Under the pieces are notes generated by a model, which was given only the letters and a program-made list of their open reading frames with translations, was not told where the DNA came from and did no database searches. A stretch of DNA of 63,883 bases, the filler included, from Octopus bimaculoides (taxonomy: Eukaryota): assembly GCF_001194135.2 (NCBI RefSeq). It is 4 parts of 4 records of this genome, joined end to end, with 100 filler letters (N's around TTAATTAATTAA, not from the genome) between each part and the next. Parts side by side here need not be neighbours in the genome. Positions count along the whole stretch, not along the records: positions 1 to 29,702 come from NC_068982.1; positions 29,803 to 58,192 come from NC_068994.1; 2 more parts are not named here. One strand, 5' to 3'. Position numbers and translations under genes: made by a program. Below, piece by piece: positions 25,601-33,951 of this stretch (position 1 is the first letter of the stretch; each line of letters starts with the position of its first letter).

Positions 25601-28600
25601 GTCATATTGCCGCCTTTTATGACTTACTACAAAACTAACAAGTTCGCACGAGTTTCAGCTATATAAAATAATTTTTCTACTCAATTACACAGAAAGATTT
25701 TCGGTTTATTTCCGAAGTGTGATACTTCATACAGAAATACATTAAACTATTTCTTGCTACGTTTCTTATCTATGTTGCTACATGGTATCATATGATTATC
25801 TTTATCAGTACATATAGAGTTCTATTGAGACAATTTTCTATTTAAACTTTATGGAAATATAAAACAGTAATCCAGAAATACTGAGTTTCTTCTTGTAGGA
25901 TTTACTATCTTTCTATTTTATTTCTTTATTTAAAGAGGTAATTTATCAATTATTCCCATTACGAACATATAACCATACGGAAATCATATGTCCCATAAAT
26001 TCAATTGATTTCCCTTCACAAAATATACACTTGTCTATTATAATTGTTTTAATGGATTCAGAATTTCAGGAGGGATACGTGAAAATATACCAGTCTAATA
26101 AGAAACATCGAAGTACAACGTATAGATATTGTTGCCGGAAAGACGGTGCTGCAATAAAACCGATAAAACTACCAATATCAATTCCGTTTATCTTGTTTAT
26201 GTCAAACTTGTATGAAGTTTGTCAAGTCGTAAAAGGTAAGGTCTTTCTTTATTATTTATATTGACAAATAATAGAAAATGAAGCTACTATTGTTTATTGG
26301 GCATCTACTTTCATTTTAAACAATTTGACGATATCTTCAAAAGAATACCTTCGAAAATGCTAAAGATTAAAATAAATAAACAAGAAATAACTCAGCGTCA
26401 ATAAAATGACATTTCTTGGACAAGAATAGATGAGTGAAATCACTAAATGTTTATTAATAAATCTATCAACTATAATGATATTAAAAAGACAATCATAAAT
26501 AATTCAATTCAAACTATATCATTAGAAATGAAAGATGTTTTATGGCGGCTATCATACATCGGTGATAAGTTCTAAGTACTTCCTCAACATAGTTTCGAGT
26601 TCTTGTGACTCTCACGGGAAAGGTAAGAACATTACAGCTTCCCTTTCTTTCCTTAACAGCTTATTTTATGATGACAAATCAATATTGCACACTTTTCGCA
26701 AGTTTTATCAACGGTTCTCGTAATTTACTGTTAATTAAAAAACTACGAAATATTTATTCTGGTTATTTTGATTAGTAATCCATGTATGTGCATTGATAGT
26801 TTTAAATTTTTGTCAGACGTGACAGCGCCGACAACTCTTACTAGGGTCACTAAGTCTGGCGGCTTAATGTCTCCTCAAACAGGGGTCCTGACTCGAATGC
26901 TTGCAGTAGAGTGAACTCCACTAAAGGCTCGCAAGATTTTAGGTGGTGGTGTTTAAACTGGACGGCGTATTAAGTCTACCAGACAAATAGCCTATTGTCG
27001 TGACGTGTATCATGATGTGTCATCGTAACTTGTGTCATGACCTGTATTTAACGAGTTAGAGAGACGCAAAGGGAGAAATTACGAGTCAGTCAGACGAGAA
27101 CCACCAGTCGAAAAGAAGAAAACGAAAAGAATAATAACTCACTGCCGATGAATGACAATTTCTACAACGAAATTTTGGACATATAATCCAACAGATAAAA
27201 GATTGTTGCAATTGAATTCTGTATTTCCGGGCAGTTATTCATCTTGGTATCTTGATATCGAAGTATTTATCTCCTTTGTGATAACAAACGAGGTTTCCAC
27301 AAGACTGTCACATTGCTATATTCTTTGTTGCATTGAAGTCTGTATTTAAGTTCAGTCATTTTTCTGCGTATCATTGATAACGAAATATTTATCACTATTT
27401 TGTGTTAATAAACTAACAGTTTTCACAAGACATCATCTGCTATATTTGTCTTATGAAGTCCGAATTTTCGGTCAGTCATCTTTTCTTCGTATCTTGATAC
27501 CGAGATATTTATCTCTTTTTTATGGTAACAAGCGAAAAGTTTCCACAGAAAATTGGCGAGTGGAATGAGATAAAATGAAATTAATTTTCTTCGATGAATC
27601 GTTAAGCACTTTCATAAGCTGTGACAACGTTTGAAATTGAGGAAATTAGCAGATCGTATTTTTAAAAACTGACTTATATTGGTTCACACACATATGTATT
27701 TTGGCGAATTATGAAAATTATTTCGAAATGTATCGATTACTATTTGAAATGTTACCACTCCGTATTTCCGGTGAGCCATCCTTTCTTCGTATCTTGATAC
27801 CGAGATATTTATCTCTTTCTGTGGTAACAAGCGAAGTTTCCACAGCTATAGTAGTATTTGAACTCGGAAGATAAAGTGCCGGAACAACTACTGTAAGGAA
27901 ACCATTCCACCGTTCTTACAGTTCTGCCAGTCCATTACCCTGAACCTACCTTGTAAGAATGAAAAGTAAAGTTTTCCTCGGTGGAATTTGAATTAAAAGA
28001 ATTGGATTAACTACCGCGCAGCATTCTACCCGAAACTTTAACAACTCTACCAAAACGCCGCCTAGTAACAGAAATAATAATAAATTCAGTAATTCTGAAC
28101 TGAAGAGAATGGCAGTATTACAATATTATTCTCAGCAACTAAGTAACGTCAACAACGTTGACAATAGAATCACTAGTATAGATAGTGCTTCTCGTAAATC
28201 AGTAAATATACTCAGATGCATATTCTAAGCGGATAGATAAAACAGTTGTGGAAATGAAGTGAAAATGTCCACTCTTTTATTGATATTGACGCTGTGGTAT
28301 AACTTATATCACAAACTTTTTGATAATAATAACTTCCACCTTTCTGAATTTCTTATGCTTTCGTATATACGTACGCGTTTTTGATTTGATGTTATTTTTG
28401 ACATTACTGAGATTCGATTATAGAATTCTTTTCTTTGATATTGTAACAATAGTTCATCAAGCTCAACAGAATGAGGAGGTATACGTGCTAAAGATGTCAG
28501 AGGATTTATAATATATAGATGATATTGCGCCGATGAGTTAACAAAAATACTTTGCGTTCGATTCTCACTTTATGTTTACTTTCGCATTCGTATTATCTAC

Positions 28601-28903
28601 CTGCATTACATTCTGTTGACGGAATACTAACGCAATTACCAATCATTCTTCATTTATTCATCTGTAAAAATAAAATAACATCTAAAAGATTTTATAGCAA
28701 TTATATTATCTTCCTTGTTCATTCATCTGTAAACTCTAATCTAATTTCTTTTAGATATGGCAACTTATATCGAAGAAATTAATTACTTAAGACATCGAGG
28801 AATTAGGACATCATTTGATGGCGAACATCCGAATGTTTACAAGTGGAAATCTGGTTTAAAATTTAAATATTGTTATTATGTTCCTTTGAAACAAGGTGGG
28901 TAA
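8251..28903 (+). CDS. Secreted astacin-family (M12A) zinc metalloprotease with EGF-like and C-terminal ApeC domains; 11 coding exons, 463 aa
   Basis: Exons 8251-8316, 10850-10931, 12293-12440, 14743-14806, 16098-16203, 18361-18443, 20238-20364, 22300-22431, 23991-24251, 26062-26235, 28755-28903. All introns are GT-AG with matching phases; total 1392 nt = 463 aa + TAA. Contains a signal peptide, LWPNN, [24 protein letters not shown], Met-turn SVMLY, an EGF-like Cys pattern and an 8-Cys ApeC. Confidence 0.9.
8469..8592. mobile_element. Mariner-derived MITE
   Basis: Inverted termini GTGCTGAAAA ... TTTTCAGCAC with a short non-coding interior. Confidence 0.55.
8700..8960 (+). mobile_element. RLE-type LINE 3' remnant
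   Basis: Degenerate ...FIPIITGALGYL...KLIRKLHIQAITGTVKI, the C-terminal RLE motif. Confidence 0.55.
9473..10721 (+). mobile_element. Full-length but defective Tc1-like DNA transposon in astacin intron 1
   Basis: About 29-bp TIRs (CAGGGGTTGGACAAAATAATGGAAACA), TA flanks on both sides, and a frameshifted transposase (HTH, IFSDES, MIWGAIS, SPDLN-like region). Confidence 0.95.
10850..10931 (+). CDS. Astacin-ApeC exon 2 (KARKLHKRELNKLWPNNTILYQFSPEM)
   Basis: tttgtttag acceptor and A|gtgagt donor; matches the astacin N-terminal LWPxxxIxY motif. Confidence 0.88.
12293..12440 (+). CDS. Astacin-ApeC exon 3 (KKEKAAVQYASNQYMYLSCIRFVN...SVLFKGG)
   Basis: ttttctcttaag acceptor and AG|gtaaac donor; SCIRFV matches astacin TCIRF; phases 1/2 fit. 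Confidence 0.88.
13400..14420 (-). mobile_element. Penelope-like retroelement remnant with GIY-YIG endonuclease
   Basis: ORF 13616-13906 NQLTCSCRETYLDSTRRQFRLRVKEH matches the VY...C.C...YIG.T.R....R.KEH motif; ends approximate. Confidence 0.8.
14743..14806 (+). CDS. Astacin-ApeC exon 4 (KNCFAQIGFFNSQRSARCCSA)
   Basis: Matches the astacin GCxSxVG segment; GCG|gtaagt donor; phases 2/0 fit. Confidence 0.87.
14950..15350 (-). mobile_element. Possible Penelope-like RT remnant
   Basis: Degenerate NCHTKYARNVFLGQ resembles the PLE S.HP...K..IP.GQ motif; many stops. Confidence 0.3.
16098..16203 (+). CDS. Astacin-ApeC exon 5, zinc-binding motif
   Basis: [35 protein letters not shown] = HExxHxxGxxHExxRxDRD; canonical splice sites. 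Confidence 0.96.
16584..16750 (+). mobile_element. Tc1/mariner-superfamily transposase C-terminal fragment
   Basis: SLAELKERIQLAVQEITPEMLQNVFRNAKERFEICRDTGRAHVE fits the LK..I..A...I....L.......R...C....G.H.E C-terminus. Confidence 0.7.
16870..17520 (-). mobile_element. Cluster of truncated copies of the same SINE family
   Basis: Repeated ...GGATGAAAG.CAAAGTT.ACCT.GG...ATTTGAACTC.GAACGT fragments. Confidence 0.7.
18361..18443 (+). CDS. Astacin-ApeC exon 6, Met-turn
   Basis: EFRNRMLSENTHDKSDFDFQSVMLYGPM; SVMLY corresponds to SxMHY; canonical splice sites. Confidence 0.93.
18870..19030 (+). mobile_element. Penelope-type terminal repeat fragment
   Basis: TTGAAGAGCGTAGGCTCGAAAC motif followed by a pyrimidine-rich tail running into (TA)n. 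Confidence 0.45.
20238..20364 (+). CDS. Astacin-ApeC exon 7, end of catalytic domain
   Basis: AFSQEKKNIYQVLDPDQLYLIDYHKTLSHYDAQDINNLYNCR matches the LSxxDxxxINxLYxC consensus. Confidence 0.92.
20480..20860 (+). mobile_element. CR1/L2-group LINE 3' remnant
   Basis: Degenerate C-terminal NL.RFKRNVNHI motif, followed by a (TATC)n tract. Confidence 0.4.
22300..22431 (+). CDS. Astacin-ApeC exon 8, EGF-like module
   Basis: QQCRYFRHKCRNDGFVVMIDGICQCFCPTGLDPATYCTKIYRP; phase 1/1 exon with CxNxG...CxCxCP.G...C. Confidence 0.9.
23991..24251 (+). CDS. Astacin-ApeC exon 9, ApeC N-terminal part
   Basis: WPVGSYALPRAGSKCP...WEAGSYCLMKNGPCP matches ApeC WPxGxYxLP..CP and WPxGxYCI..G.CP. Confidence 0.92.
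24880..25452 (-). mobile_element. Two partial SINE copies (about 24880-25005 and 25360-25452)
   Basis: TATCGACCCCGAAAGGAT.AAAGGCAAAGTCGAC core. Confidence 0.7.
26062..26235 (+). CDS. Astacin-ApeC exon 10, ApeC middle part
   Basis: YRYCCRKDGAAIKPIKLPISIPFILF...CQVVK matches ApeC YCCRxDG..PIxLP..PF.L...CQxV. Confidence 0.93.
27220..27850. repeat. Four degenerate ~90-bp direct repeats in astacin intron 10
   Basis: CGTATCTTGATACCGAGATATTTATCTCT...AACAAGCGAA.GTTTCCACA copies near 27220, 27360, 27465 and 27760. Confidence 0.8.
28755..28903 (+). CDS. Astacin-ApeC exon 11 (terminal), ApeC C-terminus
   Basis: DMATYIEEINYLRHRGIRTSFDGEHPNVYKWKSGLKFKYCYYVPLKQGG*; GxHP and terminal YCYY are typical of ApeC. 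Confidence 0.9.
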
Positions 28904-29634
28904 TTAAAAGTCCAAATATTCTATAGAAACCTACATAGTAGATATACATACAGAGTAAACTGAACTATTTGTCCGTAGATTGAAAAAAAAAATGATTAAC
29001 AGCCATAATCGTTTTTGACCCTTATTGAGGTCTCATGATATTTGTTTGCATCATCTAACCAACCCCAAAGAAATAACCAGCCAATCTGTTTAGATACACT
29101 ACAAACCCGGTAGGATTAGAGTCCTGGGGTTACTAATTTGCATACTATGAAATTGTGTCTGAACATAATTCAAAATATTGTTCATGGTAAATAGGAAATC
29201 TTAAACGGTGTCCCAGCATGACCGCAGCTTTAAGGCTAAAACAATTTGAAGGAAATAAAATTGATTAAAAATTTGGGAAAACACAATTTTACATGAGTAA
29301 ATGAACGTTTTTCTAATCATTTGTTGTCATAAAACATTCGTAACCAAATGATGCTTGACTGATAAACTAAAACGAAATCTGACAATATACACAACATTTG
29401 AAGTTTGATAATCCAGAGCAAATTTTTGTAATCACAAGTATAACCAGTACCAAACACCAGTTCACAATATCTACTGCTTAACAGGATGTCCTCTACAACT
29501 ACCAAAAGTTACTATTGTAGAAACGATCCACAGCAACTGACACCCGAGCAACAGTCAGTTTGATTTAAAGATAAAAATGACTCATAAGCTGCTTACTGGT
29601 GCTCAGTACTACATGCTTGTTTATAACATATTAT

Positions 29635-29675
<41 letters not shown>

Positions 29676-29702
29676 ATATATATGTATATATATATATATA
29701 TA

Positions 29703-29802
29703 NNNNNNNNNNNNNNNNNNNNNNNNNNNNNNNNNNNNNNNNNNNNTTAATTAATTAANNNNNNNNNNNNNNNNNNNNNNNNNNNNNNNNNNNNNNNNNN
29801 NN
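29703..29802. other. Artificial scaffold join N44-TTAATTAATTAA-N44
   Basis: Palindromic six-frame stop linker centred in an exact 100-bp gap. Confidence 0.95.
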
Positions 29803-29987
29803 AACATTACACATCCACAAAGGAAGACTGAGAGGAACTGCTGGTTCCCCACTGACTCACCACTAACACTATTCCATCAACATGAAGCCATTGTCACACC
29901 ATAGCAGCAGTGACACAGACAACCATTAACAACAGAACATTGGGACCAAGTCACAGTTTATACAACAAAGGATTTTACACAATGAAG
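29803..29987 (+). other. Non-coding leader exon 1 of protocadherin A (5' end in gap)
   Basis: Copy of a near-identical ~185-nt exon ending GAAG|gtaagt; found once upstream of each ectodomain exon, in matching orientation. Confidence 0.82.
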
Positions 29988-30698
29988 GTAAGTTTGTTAT
30001 TCCATATTATTTATTCAAATTATGTGAAAAAATGATTTAATATATGGCCTTACTGTAATATCAAAATGTAATATTCTGTTGGTGGCCATATTAGATTTTT
30101 GTTAGTTCATTGTTAATGCCTTCTCTTCAGACATGGCTGTCCAAGCATTTTGCTAACAGTTATATTAAAACAAAAGTCTTTTTTGGAATATAATGTCCAT
30201 GACTTTAATGTATTTGTATATTATATACTTTTGAATGTCACTAGGTCTTCATGTATTCAGTAGATTTTCTTTTTCATTCTTAACTAGTTCCCAAATCTTT
30301 ATATTCTGATAGATTGAGATAGCCATTTTATAAGAATTATTTTGAAATATCTTTGTAGCAGAATATTTACATTTGCAAATAAATTATGGAAATGATATGA
30401 TAAAACATAAAAAATTCTTACCAAATATGTAATATTATCAATAAAGAAAAATATCAATTAAATATATATATGGTAGAATCAGAAAGAGAAATAGAAAGTC
30501 CTTCGTACAGTATCATATATTTGAAGAAATGAATAGAAATGCCATTTCTGATGATTTTTCCACTTTAATAATTAGATGTTTATAAGTTATAAAATATCAA
30601 CCTTTCGTAAACATTTATAACTTATGAACATCTAATTATTAAAGTGGAAGAATTAACAGAGAAGCCATTTCTATTATGTTTTTAAGCATTGTGCCTTA

Positions 30699-31003
30699 TG
30701 GAGGCAGTGACAGGTGACTGAACCTTTTGGCGGTATACTGTGCTTGTGAAGACCTGTCCAGTCAAGTGAGATTGTAATCGTGGCAGATGCCGATGTCTCA
30801 TCAATGACACCTGTGCTGATGGTATGTAGAAATCACCCACTATGCTCTTGGAGTGGTTGGCTTTAGGAAGGGCATCCAGCCATAGAAAGGGTATTCAGTC
30901 TAATCAGATTGGAACCTGGTGCAGCTCCCTGGCTTACCAGTTTTAAGTCACACCGTCTAACCCATGCCATCATGGGAAACAGACATTAAATGATGATGAT
31001 GAT
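30699..31003 (+). mobile_element. Second SINE-like family with RTE-type (ATG)n tail
   Basis: GGAGTGGTTGGC..TAGGAAGGGCATCCAGCC core and AACCCATGCCA.CATGG.AA..GAC.TTAAATGATGATG tail; the tail recurs at about 42410-42455 (+) and 53050-53098 (-). Confidence 0.7.
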
Positions 31004-31405
31004 GGTAATATTTATTGTAGTATATATTTCATCTGTTTAATGTTATGTGAATGTGTGAGTTTCTCTGTTTGATTGTGATTCTGTGTGTGTAATACATAAA
31101 CTGTTGTTTCATTTTCACTCTTTACATTTATAAATGTTAATCTATTATCTATCTTGATTTAATATTATCAAGCAACTGAATCAAACATACTTTGATAATA
31201 TAAAAAATTATTATTATGGTATTTATTAAAATCTAATAATTTAATGATTTTCGTGTAAAATATGTTCTTTATTAATTTCTTATTTTGGAGTTATTTAATT
31301 GTATTTTTCAGTATTTTATGTAATTTTTTTGTATGTTTTCTTTTCATTAAAATAACAATATAACTGTGACTAAATTATAGAAATGTTTATATCTGAAGTT
31401 TATAA

Positions 31406-31617
31406 GGTTGTGAACTGGCAGAATCATTAGCACACCAGACAAAATGCTTTTGTGGCATTTCATTCTTCTTTTCATTCTGAGTTCAAATTCTGCTGAGGTT
31501 GACTTTGTCTTTTATCCTTTTGGGGTCAGTAAAATAAGTACCAGTTGAACTCTGGGGTTGATGTAATTGACTTACCTCTTCCTCAAAATTGCTGGCCTTG
31601 TGCCAGAATTTGAAACC
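31406..31617 (+). mobile_element. Full-length SINE copy in protocadherin A intron 1, CpG-decayed
   Basis: Colinear with the 1993-2265 copy, but CpG positions read TpG/CpA. Confidence 0.85.
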
Positions 31618-33951
31618 AATATCTAAAGACTATTGATTCATGAATTGATCTTTTGGGTCAAATCAATATTAGCTTGATATATAATTTACTTCAAGTAAAT
31701 GGTTTTTATAATTTTGTCAGTTAAGCAGTTTCTTGTTTATATATGACATGTTATATCTTCTCCATTCTCAAATACCTTTTATGTGATATTCTCATAGTAG
31801 TCTCACATGAACCTACATTTCTTGTACCATTGTTATTACCGATAAATTGAATGTCGTTTAAATATACATTTTATAATGAATATCTCTTTTGGCAGAATTG
31901 TTGTAAGCACATATTTCTGTCTTAATCCCTATCCTGTCCATGTCCTGAGTGTACACGAATTATTGTCTTTGTCTAGCAATAGTCTCATAGCTGTAATATT
32001 ATATGTTGTAAAGTGCTGTTTTTTTTAAAATTGTCACATCAACAAATATAGTTCCATCAATGGAGATTATAACAATGTTCAACTATCCACCCAAATGTAC
32101 AAATACTTCCCTGCTTATATAAGGAAGAATATATTTGTCAGTCTATGCATAAAATATTATGGTTATGTAATTTAGTTATATTACACCATCTAAACAGAAG
32201 AAGTGTTGTTTTTTAGCATATTTGTAAGTTCGTAGAGGTAAAATAACTGAGTTTTATTTAATGGAAAATTATCTCGTTTTCTATAGTAATCATATGCAAG
32301 GGAGTGAACTCAATATTTACCGATTTATGCAGTAACTGAAAAGAATCATATTATTATATATTTTATTAGGCTATAAACAAAATAAATAAATCTTGTTTTA
32401 TCTTCATTTATAATTTTTCATGAATTCTGTACGACTGTGGTCAAGTGTCAGCAGCTTACATTTAAAAAAAAATTCATTAAAATATTTTACTACACTAGCA
32501 ATTAGCTGTTCATTTATAATGAATAAAACTTTGAACAACAAATATAAAATTAATTATAATTAAGACAAAAATATTTAACAATTCAAGTAGTCTTCTGACG
32601 TAAGAATGAGATAAGAATGGTGAAATATCATGGCAGTTCTTAAGAAATTTTTGTCATGTTGTGTGGAAATACAATTCTACAACTTTAAACTCTGTATTGA
32701 AATATTTGGTTATTTTTTAAAAGTGGGAAAGAAACCACGATGAACTTGAGGAATTTATGTTTCTCAAAGATTATATTTCTTTGTCTTATAGGAATAAACC
32801 TGTTATATCATATGAATTAATCTTTGATATTATTATTATTGCCTTCTCTTTGCAAAGATAATCTCAGTGAACTTATACATGTGAGATTCTACTGTGTGTG
32901 CATTTGTCTTGCAAATTGCTCTCTTGAGGTATTTTCTCTCAGCACTATAGCTGATATTCATAACCAGGGTCACTATTTCCCCCAACACTACACCTGANNN
33001 NNNNNNNNNNNNNNNNNNNNNNNNNNNNNNNNNNNNNNNNNNNNNNNNNNNNNNNNNNNNNNNNNNNNNNNNNNNNNNNNNNNNNNNNNNNNNNNNNNNN
33101 NNNNNNNNNNNNNNNNNNNNNNNNNNNNNNNNNNNNNNNNNNNNNNNNNNNNNNNNNNNNNNNNNNNNNNNNNNNNNNNNNNNNNNNNNNNNNNNNNNNN
33201 NNNNNNNNNNNNNNNNNNNNNNNNNNNNNNNNNNNNNNNNNNNNNNNNNNNNNNNNNNNNNNNNNNNNNNNNNNNNNNNNNNNNNNNNNNNNNNNNNNNN
33301 NNNNNNNNNNNNNNNNNNNNNNNNNNNNNNNNNNNNNNNNNNNNNNNNNNNNNNNNNNNNNNNNNNNNNNNNNNNNNNNNNNNNNNNNNNNNNNNNNNNN
33401 NNNNNNNNNNNNNNNNNNNNNNNNNNNNNNNNNNNNNNNNNNNNNNNNNNNNNNNNNNNNNNNNNNNNNNNNNNNNNNNNNNNNNNNNNNNNNNNNNNNN
33501 NNNNNNNNNNNNNNNNNNNNNNNNNNNNNNNNNNNNNNNNNNNNNNNNNNNNNNNNNNNNNNNNNNNNNNNNNNNNNNNNNNNNNNNNNNNNNNNNNNNN
33601 NNNNNNNNNNNNNNNNNNNNNNNNNNNNNNNNNNNNNNNNNNNNNNNNNNNNNNNNNNNNNNNNNNNNNNNNNNNNNNNNNNNNNNNNNNNNNNNNNNNN
33701 NNNNNNNNNNNNNNNNNNNNNNNNNNNNNNNNNNNNNNNNNNNNNNNNNNNNNNNNNNNNNNNNNNNNNNNNNNNNNNNNATTTTATAAAAGGAAATAAT
33801 TTTCTCTCACATTAATGTAATGACTTTGGTTAATATATCAATTTATTTAGAAATCATTATATCTCCCTATTATAAGCTATATATTTATCTTCCAGATTAA
33901 TAATGTGAAAATACCATATTCTTGGACACTGTTTTAACATCAAGACTAGAG

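Noticed and set aside
28890-29987. Possible donor CAAG|gtgggt that could splice the astacin gene onto the protocadherin region
   Set aside because: ApeC is complete at YCYY with a stop a few codons later, and the next sequence is across an artificial scaffold join.
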